Below, piece after piece: positions 35,196 through 44,944 of a DNA stretch of 64,000 nucleotides (the first letter of the stretch is position 1; each line of letters opens with the position of its first letter). The DNA is from Ostreococcus lucimarinus (taxonomy: Eukaryota). The notes under the pieces are model-generated. The model saw nothing but the letters and a program-made list of their open reading frames with translations. It had not been told where the DNA came from and made no database searches. Where the stretch lies: assembly GCA_000092065.1 (NCBI GenBank), contig CP000583.1; one strand, 5' to 3'. The position numbers and the translations under genes are program-made.

Positions 35196-36645
35196 GGCGT
35201 CGCGAAGTGCAGACCGTTCGCGTCGCGTTCGCGTCACGTCGCGACGCGACCTCGACGGCGCGGCGACGATGACGGCGTCGACGGTGCGGATAGAGATGGA
35301 CGCGCGCGTCGGCGCGGGCGATCGCGCGCTGCGCGCGTTCGCGTCGTCGAGCGGGCAAAGTCGAGGCGCGAGGACGCGCGGGACGGTGACGACGACGAAC
35401 GATGACGACGACGACGACGACCCGCGGTGGGTGGTGTGCTCGGGACGACCGTTTCGCGGACGCGTGCGCGTTATCGCGGACGCGAACGCGCTCGCATCGT
35501 TGGTCGTGGAGCGGGTGACGGTGGAGTGGGTGGGACGCGAACGCGTGGGCGCGGAGGAGCGAAGCGTCGCGCGGTCGCCGCCGGGCGAGGTGGCGCGCGC
35601 GCTGACGCTCGAGCCTGGAAGCACGGTGGGGCTGAAGTTTGGCATTGATTTACCTCCGGGATTAGCGCCGAGTTTTCGAGGCGAGCACTCGAGGTATTGG
35701 TATCGCGTGACGTGCAAGGCGACGACGGCGAGCGGGGAGACGCTCGAGGCGAGCGCGCCGTTGACGGTTCGCGCGGGGGATTGGGATCTTGAACGCCGGG
35801 GAGAAGATGACGGTGAATTGTGTGACGATGTGGGCGATGATGATGATGTAGGCGAGATGCGAGAGACGTACAGCGCGCGTGATTTAACTGCGCCGTGGAT
35901 ACACATCGAGGACACCGTGCCGCCCGAGTCGCCGCGATTCAACGGTTCACTAGCGTCGCCTCGCGCTTTGCAGATGTGGGGAGACGTCGAACCGCAGGTG
36001 AGGACACCTCGCGAAAGCTCGACACCGCAAGCGGGCGAAGGATCGGTGTTCACTCCGCAATCGCACGGGCAGAGAAAAAAATCAAAGGCGTACGTCGTGA
36101 GCATGGGCGAGGATCGACTCGTCAAGGTGACGCTGCGCAAGCCCGCACCTAAGTGCGCGATTGGGGGCGAAGTGGCGGGTATACTCGACTTTACGTGCGC
36201 CGAACCTGGAAAAGCGCGAGCGTCCCATGTGCTCATTACGCTCGAGTCGAGTGAAATTATACACGCAGAGGCCAAGACGGTGCACGGCGGCAAGCCGCCG
36301 GTATATAGGAAAATTTGGGTACAAACGCACGAGCGAGTCGAGCATCTCAATACCTCGAATTTCGCTCTTAATTTACCTGCAAATTCCCCTGGAAGCTTTC
36401 GAACATCAAAAGTTGAGCTCAAGTGGCAGCTCAGATTCGAAATTACGTCAGTTAAGAAGACTCCGGCAGGAGAATTCGCGGCGTTTTTCAAAGGCCAAAA
36501 GCACCAGAGCGAGATTTCGACGCTCGAGTGGATACTTCCTCTCGACGTGGGTACAGATTGGCTGACTAACGTTACGAAAATACCCAAGATTAGCAGTTCG
36601 TCAAAGATTCGGAGAGAGTCATCGTTAGTTGCGATGCATGATTAG
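35194..36645 (+). CDS. RGP1-like / arrestin-fold hypothetical protein
   Basis: C-terminal two-thirds is non-repetitive (VSMGEDRLVKVTLRKPAPKCAIGGEVAGILDFTCAEPGKARASHVLITLESSE...ELKWQLRFEITS). The N-terminus overlaps GC-rich low complexity, and the start at 35194 (MASRSADRS) is tentative. Confidence 0.4.
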   Translation: MASRSADRSRRVRVTSRRDLDGAATMTASTVRIEMDARVGAGDRALRAFASSSGQSRGARTRGTVTTTNDDDDDDDPRWVVCSGRPFRGRVRVIADANALASLVVERVTVEWVGRERVGAEERSVARSPPGEVARALTLEPGSTVGLKFGIDLPPGLAPSFRGEHSRYWYRVTCKATTASGETLEASAPLTVRAGDWDLERRGEDDGELCDDVGDDDDVGEMRETYSARDLTAPWIHIEDTVPPESPRFNGSLASPRALQMWGDVEPQVRTPRESSTPQAGEGSVFTPQSHGQRKKSKAYVVSMGEDRLVKVTLRKPAPKCAIGGEVAGILDFTCAEPGKARASHVLITLESSEIIHAEAKTVHGGKPPVYRKIWVQTHERVEHLNTSNFALNLPANSPGSFRTSKVELKWQLRFEITSVKKTPAGEFAAFFKGQKHQSEISTLEWILPLDVGTDWLTNVTKIPKISSSSKIRRESSLVAMHD

Positions 36646-36692
36646 CGATGCGATGCGCTATTAGCACTACTTGTGATTATAAACACGAGAAT

Positions 36693-39113
36693 TTAGGCAG
36701 TCGGCGCTCCCGCCGCGACATTTGACCACAACTCGTTGAACGCGTCTGAATTGGTGGAGACGACGCCAAACTTTTCCATTTGCACGGCGTACTCCTTGGC
36801 GTCTAAATATAGCTGACGACAAATCTTGTCTGTGTCGCCCACACCCGTGCTGCTAGTTTTCCCTTGTCGATCTTTAAGACGATTCAGACTTGCCTCAGTC
36901 TTCTTGACCGTCGCCACAAGATCGCTCGCCATTTCAGCGTATCTTTCAGACACGGAATCTACGACCTTATCGACTATTTCTTGTCTCGAAGTCTTAGAAA
37001 ACATTTTTGTGCGCTCATTATCCAAAAATGCTTGCAAGGGAGCGAGAATCGTGGGCACGAAATGACTGTGTCTTGTCGGCATGGGCTTGTTCGTCATGCG
37101 AAATGTGGCGGTGATCCCCTTGAGCTGCTTCAATGATTCAACGCATCTCTCGACGTATACTTTCACGATGAATGCGTCGAGCTGCGGAATAATTTCTTGC
37201 AGCTCGTTTGCGCCTTCTAAGACGCAATCCACCGCGATTTGAGCGGTGTCTTCGCCGAGAATGCTCGTGCTCGCTTTCACGCACGCTGCACCGTCCGAAC
37301 GCACTTTAGCGCACAACTTTTCAACATCCAAGCGCACTAAAATTAACTCATCTCCACCCGCTGTGGCGCCCCAACTAGAAGAAGACGTAACCATGGTGAC
37401 TTTACCTTCTTCAGCATTCGAATCGGAGCTTTGCTGAACAGATAAAGCCTCGATGCCGGCTTTCACCCAAGTTCTATATCGCGACAACACCTGCGCAAAC
37501 AGTCTAATAAATTTGTCCGTGAGGGCTGGAACGAAGACTTCCTCCGCCATGCATTTCGCCATCGTCAGCCATGTTTGCGTTGTCGGTGTGAGTAAAAATC
37601 CATCGCTCGCTCGCGAGGTATCAAGACCCGGCTCGTTCAGCTCTTCATCGACATCGCAAGCAAACTCTTGGAAGCGCAAATTAAAGTACACCGAAAGATT
37701 CCACCTCTTCATGTACGATTCCAAGTACCTGGACGCCCGGAAATGATTCAATGACGCCATCGTTGGTGCGAGATCTTCTAATATATCCACAAACTTCATC
37801 GCCGCGCGATAGTTCTTGATGAAATCCTGTGGGATTCCCGGCGAGTACGCTTTCTCAAAAGCTGAACTCAGTTGCGAATCAACCTCTGCGAGTACAGTTC
37901 CAGCGAGAAAGTCGTGCGACTGTAGGCCCGATTCGGCGACTCGCGTAAGATCAAGTACGTAAGAGCACGATGTAAGCGCAGTTTCACTTAGTTTTGGCAA
38001 CACTGACGCAAAATCTTCCTCGGCAATCGATTCAAGCGTCTTCTCCACCGCTGGGCGGATCAATACAGTTCGAATCGCGCTTTCCACAACGTCAAACTTC
38101 CCGATCGCGGTGCAACCGTGCAAGCAATGACTTATAACGTTCGCGTTCTTTTCTTTTAAACCATCGATGAGCGCAGTTTGCGCCAAAGAAGTGAGCTTCA
38201 ACTCGCAATACTCGATTCGGTCGGCGAGGTCTCGAATCGCCGAAAGATCTTTTCCTTGCTTTTGGTAAAACTTTAAGCGATTTACTTCGCTCGAAATGCG
38301 ATCGAGCATCCGCGCGCGCTCGTTCACATCTCCACTGATGTGCTCTCGATGCATATCGTCCGTTTCAGCTCCGCTCGGCGTCGCTTGATCGTCCTCAAAC
38401 GCTGGAGCCAACATCTCCAAGCCTTCGCGATCCTCCGCGCCGATCACCACCGAGGCGAGTAAGTCTCCAGCTCTCTCCCCACCCGTCGCACCATCGCTCG
38501 CCGATGACTTTCCACCGACGACATCTAACTCTCCGAGCAATCGCTCAACCTTTGAAACCGTATGTCCGCACTCATCCGCCAGGCGCTTGCTCGCGCTCGC
38601 GCGCGCCTGCGCCTCTCGCTCCTCCGCGCTCGCCTCCAACCGTTCCAGCGCTCGCACGATTTCCTCCCTCCCCTCGCTCACCTCTCGTTTCGTCTCAATC
38701 TGTCCCGGCATTATTTTATCCCTCAACTCCGCGTAATCCCTCAGATCATCCCCGAGCGACGCAAACTCCTCGTAGTTTTCGTTCACCAGTCGCTCCAGCG
38801 CCTCGCGCGTCTCCCGCTCGTGCCCGTCCAGCGCCTCCCTCAGCGTTTCCGATCCCACGAACGTCGTGATCTCCTCCACGTACTCCCACGGATCGAAATC
38901 ATCCCTCTCGAACGCCCGCGCGTCGAACCACGTCGGCCTTCCATCGCGCGCGTCGTCGAGATCGCCCGTCCCGTTCGCCTTCGCGACGCTCGCGTCGTCG
39001 TCGTCGTCGTCGTCGTCGTCCCGCCGTCGTCGTATGCGCACGTCCTCGTCGTCGCTCGACGTCGTCGTCGTCGTTCGCGCGTCGTCCTCGTCGCCGTCCA
39101 TCGCCGCCGTCAT
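36693..39113 (-). CDS. COG2: Conserved oligomeric Golgi complex subunit 2 (COG2)-like
   Basis: N-terminal COG2 pattern FERDDFDPWEYVEEITTFVGSETLREAL...LVNENYEEFASLGDDLRDYAE. Acidic Asp-rich N-terminus. ATG at 39113. Confidence 0.6.
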   Translation of the reverse strand: MTAAMDGDEDDARTTTTTSSDDEDVRIRRRRDDDDDDDDDASVAKANGTGDLDDARDGRPTWFDARAFERDDFDPWEYVEEITTFVGSETLREALDGHERETREALERLVNENYEEFASLGDDLRDYAELRDKIMPGQIETKREVSEGREEIVRALERLEASAEEREAQARASASKRLADECGHTVSKVERLLGELDVVGGKSSASDGATGGERAGDLLASVVIGAEDREGLEMLAPAFEDDQATPSGAETDDMHREHISGDVNERARMLDRISSEVNRLKFYQKQGKDLSAIRDLADRIEYCELKLTSLAQTALIDGLKEKNANVISHCLHGCTAIGKFDVVESAIRTVLIRPAVEKTLESIAEEDFASVLPKLSETALTSCSYVLDLTRVAESGLQSHDFLAGTVLAEVDSQLSSAFEKAYSPGIPQDFIKNYRAAMKFVDILEDLAPTMASLNHFRASRYLESYMKRWNLSVYFNLRFQEFACDVDEELNEPGLDTSRASDGFLLTPTTQTWLTMAKCMAEEVFVPALTDKFIRLFAQVLSRYRTWVKAGIEALSVQQSSDSNAEEGKVTMVTSSSSWGATAGGDELILVRLDVEKLCAKVRSDGAACVKASTSILGEDTAQIAVDCVLEGANELQEIIPQLDAFIVKVYVERCVESLKQLKGITATFRMTNKPMPTRHSHFVPTILAPLQAFLDNERTKMFSKTSRQEIVDKVVDSVSERYAEMASDLVATVKKTEASLNRLKDRQGKTSSTGVGDTDKICRQLYLDAKEYAVQMEKFGVVSTNSDAFNELWSNVAAGAPTA

Positions 39114-39180
39114 CTATCGCGCGCCGCGTCGCGCGGCGTCGACGCGCGTCGCGTCGTCGCGCGCGCGCGCGACATCCAAT

Positions 39181-39300
39181 CCGTCACCACGAAACCCCGT
39201 CCCGCGTCGCGCTCTTCGCGTCACCACGAAACCCCGTCCCGCGTCGCGCGTCGCGTCACCACGAAACCCCGTCCCGCGTCGCGCTCTTCGCGTCGCGAAC
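39181..39300. repeat. About 36-bp tandem repeat x3 in the divergent promoter between COG2 and the downstream hypothetical gene
   Basis: gtcaccacgaaaccccgtcccgcgtcgcg(ctcttcgc/cgtcgc) repeated three times. Followed by (GACGCGG)3 and a (GAC)7 run ending at the ATG at 39590. Confidence 0.75.
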
Positions 39301-39589
39301 GGGCGAGTCGACCCGACGTCGACGCGCGCGCGCGCGTCGGCGCGTCGGCGCACCGGCGCGCGGCGCCGACGCCGCGTCTCGACGGCGCCGCGTCTCGACG
39401 GCGACGCGCCGACGCGCCGACGGCGCCGACGCGCGACGACCGTCGAGGGCGCGCGCGAACGCGCGCGGGCGAGAACCCGAACGCGCGAGAACCTGAACGA
39501 ATCGTCGCGGGGCGTCGAACCCGCGGACGCGGGACGCGGGACGCGGGACGGCGCGGACGACGATCGGAACGACGACGACGACGACGACG

Positions 39590-39919
39590 ATGGCGGAGGA
39601 CGGCGACGATCCGGGGCTGGTGTCGTTCGATGAGCTGGCGAGCGTGGGGACGATGCGGGCGGAGGACGCGCCGCGAGGGTCGTCGCCGGCGGCGAACGAG
39701 GAGGATAGTTTCGGGAGCGCGACGAGCGAGGGGCAGGCGTCGCCGGCGCCGACGATGATGAGGAGCGTGTTGACGCGGAAACCGTCGGTGGCGGCGCTGA
39801 AGGCGATGTTGATGAGCGAGCGGGATGAGGAAGGGGCGGGGGAGGGGAGCGAGACGGACGAGGACGAGGGGGTGTGCTCGCTCAGCGAGTTCGCGATGGT
39901 GTTGAACGCGGCGGCGTGG
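39590..39919 (+). CDS. Hypothetical acidic protein, exon 1
   Basis: ATG at 39590. The exon ends before a consensus GTGAGT donor at 39920. Confidence 0.45.
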
Positions 39920-40000
39920 GTGAGTGTTGACGATGCGCGCGCGCGCTTTTGGGAAATGAATCGTTGTTTGGACCCGTACTGACGTTTTTGACGCGCGTAG

Positions 40001-40885
40001 GACGATGCATCGGTCGGGGCGTTGGGCGTCGAAGTCATCGTGAAGCAGCTCGAACTCTTGCGAGGGAAAATCGCGCCAGAGGCGTCTCTGAGCAGCATGT
40101 TGGGGTTTGATCTCGCGGAAGACTTGTCGGTACGCGCTAACAGCGCTGGTATGGTGAGCGTAGGTGCGATCGGAAACGTTCTCTACCGCGGTTTGTCGCG
40201 ATCACGGAGCGTGGCGACGCTCTCGAGCGACCGGGAAAGATTTGAAGACATCCTCGATCGACGCGCGGTGAAGAATATATCAAAGGTGCTCGGTGGAGGC
40301 GATGAAGACGCGATCATCACTTCTGAGGATCTTAAAGCTAAGCTAGATTACTATGGAGTGCGATCAAGCATGACGGACATCATTTCCATCATGACACAAG
40401 CCGACATCGAGAGCACGGGCGTGGTCAAGGTTGGGGATCTCAGTCGGTTGTTGGCGCGAGAGCTCGAGCAGTTGCGAGGTTTGCTCGATGAGAAAGTCGA
40501 TAATTCGAAAAGTGAAAGATTTAGAGTTTCTTTAGACATTGAACGCGACGGCGCAGAAACGAGCAACAGTCTGTTGAAAGGCCAAGCCACCTTTGGCGTA
40601 CTTCAACGGTTTCCGACGGCGCGCAAAGACAGACAAAAGCCGGGGCGTTTGCTGTGGGCGAAAGATGACGAAATGTGCGCGGTGTGTCTATTCGATCGAT
40701 CCGGGACGATGATGGTAGAAGAACAAGGTCAACTGATAGATCTACCCACCAAGCTCGATTATTTCACCGATGTTGCGCGCGATGCAGACACGCGAACCAT
40801 CGTCCATCTTCCCGCGCCGCCGCCTCAGGAACAGGAGAAAAAGAAGGGTGGATTCGCCAGCTTCTTCTGCTGCTTTTCCGCTTGA
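40001..40885 (+). CDS. Hypothetical protein exon 2 (degenerate EF-hand-like loops, C-terminal CCFSA possible acylation site)
   Basis: The same frame as exon 1 resumes after TAG at 40000. An 81-nt, in-phase intron removes the intervening stop. CTGAC lies 17 nt upstream of the acceptor. Confidence 0.45.
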   Translation, partial: DDASVGALGVEVIVKQLELLRGKIAPEASLSSMLGFDLAEDLSVRANSAGMVSVGAIGNVLYRGLSRSRSVATLSSDRERFEDILDRRAVKNISKVLGGGDEDAIITSEDLKAKLDYYGVRSSMTDIISIMTQADIESTGVVKVGDLSRLLARELEQLRGLLDEKVDNSKSERFRVSLDIERDGAETSNSLLKGQATFGVLQRFPTARKDRQKPGRLLWAKDDEMCAVCLFDRSGTMMVEEQGQLIDLPTKLDYFTDVARDADTRTIVHLPAPPPQEQEKKKGGFASFFCCFSA

Positions 40886-40943
40886 GCGCTCGCACAGAAC
40901 GATAATTGATGTCAATCTTTCCATCGCACGCATCATAGTATTT

Positions 40944-42182
40944 ATGAATACAAGATTCATTTTGCGCCCGCGCCCCTCCGCTCCGCTCGCGTCCTCACAC
41001 GCGAGCGCGTCGTCATCGTCCATCATGTCTGGGACAGAGCGCGCGCCGGCCGCGGGCGACAACCACCACCTATCGCACACCCGCGGTGATTCTGTATCCT
41101 CGCTGAACGCCGCGTCGTCCACGTCGACGACGCGGCCTTTCGAGATGCGCGACTTTGTCACCGTGGACACAATCGGCGAAGGGTCGTATTCGTCCGTGCG
41201 TGAGGTGTTTCTGGCGAACAAACCCACGGAGAGGTACGCGCTGAAGATAATGGATAAGTCACACATCGTGCGCGAGGGTAAAGCGCGGTACGTGGCGACG
41301 GAGAGGGCGCTCTTGGCTGGACGGTTGGCGGATTGCGACTGCGTCGCGGCGCTGCGGTTTACGTTTCAAGACACTTACTCGCTGTATCTCGGCATGGAAC
41401 TGTGCACGGGGGGAGATTTATATTCACAATTGAAACGCTCGGAAGGCGAGGTGATGACGGAGGAAAAGGCGGTGTTTTATGTGTCCGAGGTGACGCGGGC
41501 GGTGCAACAGTGTCACGCGCGCGGCATCGTGCACAGAGACGTCAAGCCCGAGAACGTTTTGATCGATTCGACTGGTCACGTAAAATTGTGTGACTTCGGT
41601 AGTGCGCTTGATTTACAACCTGTGATGACGAGTGTGCTCACTGCGATCGCGGAACAGGCGGTGAAGAAGGATGCAAAGCATAAGAAGAATCGCTGCGCGT
41701 CCTTCGTTGGCACAGCGGAATACGTGGCGCCAGAAATCTTAGAAGGGTGCGCAGAAACCACCACGGCGGTGGATTTGTGGTCTATCGGAGTGATGACGTT
41801 TCAACTGTTGACCGGACGCGTGCCGTTTAAAGATAAGACGGAGTACTTGACCATGCAAGCCGTGCTCAAGGGGAAGTATGTGTACCCACCCGAGGCAAAC
41901 GTCTCGAGCGCCGCAAAGGATTTCATCGATAAACTCCTCGTTCGAGAGCCCAAGAAACGGCTCGGGTTTGAAGACGAGACGTCTATCCGCAGTCATCCGT
42001 TTTTCGCTTCCGTGAGCGATTGGTCTACGCTCCGAGCACGAAAAGCTCCGAGCGTGCTCACCGCGACTGGCGTCGGTTCCGACGCCACCGTCTCCGAAAG
42101 CGAATCCGAGAGCGATACAGACGACGACGAAGAATGGCGCGCGCGCGTGAACGCCGCGACAGCCGCTTTAGACGCGCTTTAG
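40944..42182 (+). CDS. 3-phosphoinositide-dependent protein kinase 1 (PDK1)-like AGC kinase without a PH domain
   Basis: Collinear with the PDK1 kinase domain: IGEGSYSSV...YALKIMDKSHIVREGKARYVATERALL..FTFQDTYSLYLGMEL...HRDVKPENVLI...DFG...SFVGTAEYVAPEIL. An alternative ATG is at 41025. Confidence 0.8.
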   Translation: MNTRFILRPRPSAPLASSHASASSSSIMSGTERAPAAGDNHHLSHTRGDSVSSLNAASSTSTTRPFEMRDFVTVDTIGEGSYSSVREVFLANKPTERYALKIMDKSHIVREGKARYVATERALLAGRLADCDCVAALRFTFQDTYSLYLGMELCTGGDLYSQLKRSEGEVMTEEKAVFYVSEVTRAVQQCHARGIVHRDVKPENVLIDSTGHVKLCDFGSALDLQPVMTSVLTAIAEQAVKKDAKHKKNRCASFVGTAEYVAPEILEGCAETTTAVDLWSIGVMTFQLLTGRVPFKDKTEYLTMQAVLKGKYVYPPEANVSSAAKDFIDKLLVREPKKRLGFEDETSIRSHPFFASVSDWSTLRARKAPSVLTATGVGSDATVSESESESDTDDDEEWRARVNAATAALDAL

Positions 42183-42440
42183 CTCACTAGAATCTACGCG
42201 CGTCGTAGTACATTTGTTTGACACCGTCTTCCGCGCCTGCGCCAAGTAAAAACAAACTCACGTCGTCAGCGGTCGAATCGGAGCACAGACTTAAAAATCG
42301 ACCCGCGAGCGAATGAACGAAGAAGCCTCATCATTTTCGAACAGGTTTGGCATCAAACGCGCCGTCGTCGTAAAAACGTCAACGCATATTCTGTTCTAGT
42401 AGCTGTGTTGTGCATCATCGGCTTTCGTCGTTCGCGCCTT

Positions 42441-42464
42441 TCGCGTCGTCGCGCGTCGCGTCGT

Positions 42465-42495
<31 letters not shown>

Positions 42496-42510
42496 TCGCC
42501 TCGCCTCGCA
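42441..42510. repeat. (GCGTCGC)n heptanucleotide microsatellite upstream of the WDR55-like gene
   Basis: cgcgtcgcgtcgtcgcgcgtcgcgtcgcgtcgcgtcgcgtcgcgtcgcctcgcctcgc. Confidence 0.75.
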
Positions 42511-42731
42511 TCGACGCACCTTTCCGTAGACGCATCGCCACCGCGCGCGTCGCGCGATGCCGTCGTCGCCCGTCTCTGTTCCGTGAAAAAGCGCACCGGC
42601 GGCGGCGGCGAACGGGACGATCGCGCGTCACTCAGCGACGCTCGACGCGCGAAACGCGGGATACGGTGAAACGCGCGTCAAAAACCTCGGTCGTAGCCTC
42701 GCGAGCGCGCGTGATCGACGCGAAAGCTGCG

Positions 42732-43829
42732 ATGGACGACGGCGGCGAAGCGTGTCGCGCGGAATGCGCCGAGCAGCCGTTCGACGTCGCGTTCGCGCCC
42801 ACGACGCACGTCTTCGCGGTCGGGCTGATCAACGGTGACGTCGAGCAGTGGTCGCACACCCAGAGCTCGTGCGCGAAGCTGGAGACGCTGCGAGGGGTGC
42901 ACGCAGGGGAGACGTGCAGGACGCTGGCGTACGTGGACGGAGGGAAGACGCTGCTGAGCGGCGGCGCGGACGCGTGCGTCGTGGCGACGGATGTAGTCAC
43001 CGGAGCCGTGGTGGCGAGGCTTAAAAACGCGCATACCGTGGCGATTAATCGATTAATCACGCTGAATGAGCACCTGATTGCGACTGGAGACGACGACGGA
43101 TGCGTGAAGATTTGGGATACACGCGCGCAGACCGAATGCGCAAAACACAAGCCTTTCGTGGATTTTGTGAGCGATATGAAGTACGCGGGGGAGGGTAGAA
43201 ACGAAATCGTGATTTCGAGTGGCGATGGTACGCTCGGATGCTTAAATTTGACGACAAACAAAATGGTGGGGCAGTGCGATAACTTGGAGGACGAGTTATT
43301 AAGTTGCGAAATCGTAAAGAATGGCCGTAAAGTCGTCGCCGGTTCGCAGGAAGGAGTGCTGGACATTTTCACTTACGGTAAATGGGATGATATATCTGAC
43401 AGATATCCGGGACATCCTCAAAGCGTGGACGCCATCGCGAAGGTGACGGAAGACATGGTTGTCACCGGCTCGAGCGATGGTTTGATCCGCGTGATTTCAG
43501 TCCTTCCGAACAAAATTTTGGGCCTCGTGGGTGAGCATAGCGACATGCCCATCGAGCGTTTGACAATGAGCTTCGATAAGAATATGCTCGCGTCGTCTTC
43601 GCACGATAAGACGGTCAAATTGTGGAAGGTTGACTGGTTGACGGAGGAGGGCGCGTGGGACGACGCCGAAGAAATGGACGTCGAAGAAGCAGACGACGAC
43701 GACGATAGCGACGATGACGGAAAATCCAAGAAACGAAAATCCAAAAGCAAAGGGAAAAAGCAAGTCGCCAATCAACAGAAAGCGGAGAACAAGAAGAAGG
43801 CGGTTACCAAATTTTTTGCTGATATGTAA
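42732..43829 (+). CDS. WD40-repeat protein, WDR55-like, with a Lys-rich acidic C-terminus
   Basis: WD repeats throughout. ATG re-anchored to 42732 (MDDGGEACRAECAEQPFDVAFAP); the upstream part of the ORF is repeat-derived. Confidence 0.55.
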   Translation: MDDGGEACRAECAEQPFDVAFAPTTHVFAVGLINGDVEQWSHTQSSCAKLETLRGVHAGETCRTLAYVDGGKTLLSGGADACVVATDVVTGAVVARLKNAHTVAINRLITLNEHLIATGDDDGCVKIWDTRAQTECAKHKPFVDFVSDMKYAGEGRNEIVISSGDGTLGCLNLTTNKMVGQCDNLEDELLSCEIVKNGRKVVAGSQEGVLDIFTYGKWDDISDRYPGHPQSVDAIAKVTEDMVVTGSSDGLIRVISVLPNKILGLVGEHSDMPIERLTMSFDKNMLASSSHDKTVKLWKVDWLTEEGAWDDAEEMDVEEADDDDDSDDDGKSKKRKSKSKGKKQVANQQKAENKKKAVTKFFADM

Positions 43830-43999
43830 TGTGGAATAAAATCTTGAGAAAAAGCGTGCGTGTTAACAACTTTTGACGAGCGTTTTTCACTGCCAGAAAA
43901 ACGGTTGTGCCTCGATAGAAGTCGACGCACGTACGACGAAGACTTGATGAAAACCCAGTCGTTGTGTTGTGTTAGAAACACTGAGATTGACGCGCTTGG

Positions 44000-44878
44000 A
44001 TGGATGCTACTTCCCTCGGCTCGGCGTTTGACTTGTGCTGGCCCGATGATGGAACGGTCGAGGTGTTTGGCCTCCAGCTGAATCCGTTCTTGCACTTTGA
44101 TGCCAAGTTGGCGCGAAACGAAGAGGATGAGATGTCTAAAATGGCGATGGAAATGTTTGATTTTGAGAACGAAGCCGATTGGGATTTGCCATGCGAGGAA
44201 AAGGCGGAGCTGGACACGTCGCAAGTCGAGCGACATCGCCAGTCGAAGGACCGAGAAGTTCTCAGGGCAAATCGTAGGACGACTCCGATGAAGAGTACGA
44301 ATCGTAGTAGTAAATGGAAAGGCGTTACTCGTCATAAAATCACAAGTCGGTGGGAAGCACATCTGTGGGATGCCACGTACGAGCGTGTGCGCAAGAAATC
44401 GTCCGGCGGGCGCACGCGCGGGCGACAGGTTTATTTAGGAGGATGGATCTCCGAGCTCGACGCCGCGCGTGCGTACGATCTTGCCGCGTTGCGATTCTTC
44501 GGTACTCGACAGGTTCTGAATTTTGATGTGAGTAATTACACCGAAGAAATCAAAGCCATGCAGGAGTATTCACCCGCTGATTGGGTTTGTGAGCTAAGAC
44601 GGCGATCTTCCGGCTTCTCTCGCGGAGTGAGTGCTTACAGAGGAGTGACAAGTCATAAAGGGAAAAATTCCAAGGGAAAATGGGAAGCGCGCATTGGGCG
44701 AGTTATGGGCAACAAATACCTTTATTTGGGCACGTATCCAACCGAGCGCGCAGCGGCTGAGGCGTACGACTGCGCGGCGCTTCTTTATCGCGACTCGAAG
44801 GCGGTGACAAATTTCGATCGCTCGAATTACTCAGAGGAAGAGATCGCGAACGCTGGACTCGGCGCAAAAATATTGTAA
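44000..44878 (+). CDS. AP2/ERF-family transcription factor with two AP2 domains
   Basis: Two AP2 domains: KGVTRHKITSRWEAHLWD...YLGGWISELDAARAYDLAALRFFG and YRGVTSHKGKNSKGKWEARIG...YLGTYPTERAAAEAYDCAALLYRD. Confidence 0.8.
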   Translation: MDATSLGSAFDLCWPDDGTVEVFGLQLNPFLHFDAKLARNEEDEMSKMAMEMFDFENEADWDLPCEEKAELDTSQVERHRQSKDREVLRANRRTTPMKSTNRSSKWKGVTRHKITSRWEAHLWDATYERVRKKSSGGRTRGRQVYLGGWISELDAARAYDLAALRFFGTRQVLNFDVSNYTEEIKAMQEYSPADWVCELRRRSSGFSRGVSAYRGVTSHKGKNSKGKWEARIGRVMGNKYLYLGTYPTERAAAEAYDCAALLYRDSKAVTNFDRSNYSEEEIANAGLGAKIL

Positions 44879-44944
44879 AAGAATTGTTGTTTACTTTTTA
44901 TTGCAATGTTCGTCACGAACGCTTCATCATACATGTCTTCTCGC

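Noticed and set aside
34839-36587. 582-aa minus-strand ORF spanning the whole RGP1-like locus.
   Set aside because: Most of it is Ser/Arg/Thr-rich antisense low complexity opposite a non-repetitive plus-strand gene. Only its last 118 codons were kept as a separate low-confidence candidate.
38562-39758. 398-aa (+) ORF and overlapping 255-aa (+) ORF opposite the COG2 N-terminus and the tandem-repeat promoter.
   Set aside because: Antisense to a well-supported gene. Composed of arginine/proline-rich repeats. Several are frame-overlapping.
39976-40000. A 25-nt GT...CTGAC...AG mini-intron that would also bridge the two ORFs at 39590 and 40022.
   Set aside because: Removing 25 nt breaks the frame and leads to a stop within 15 codons. 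The 81-nt GTGAGT...TAG alternative is in phase and keeps both ORFs.
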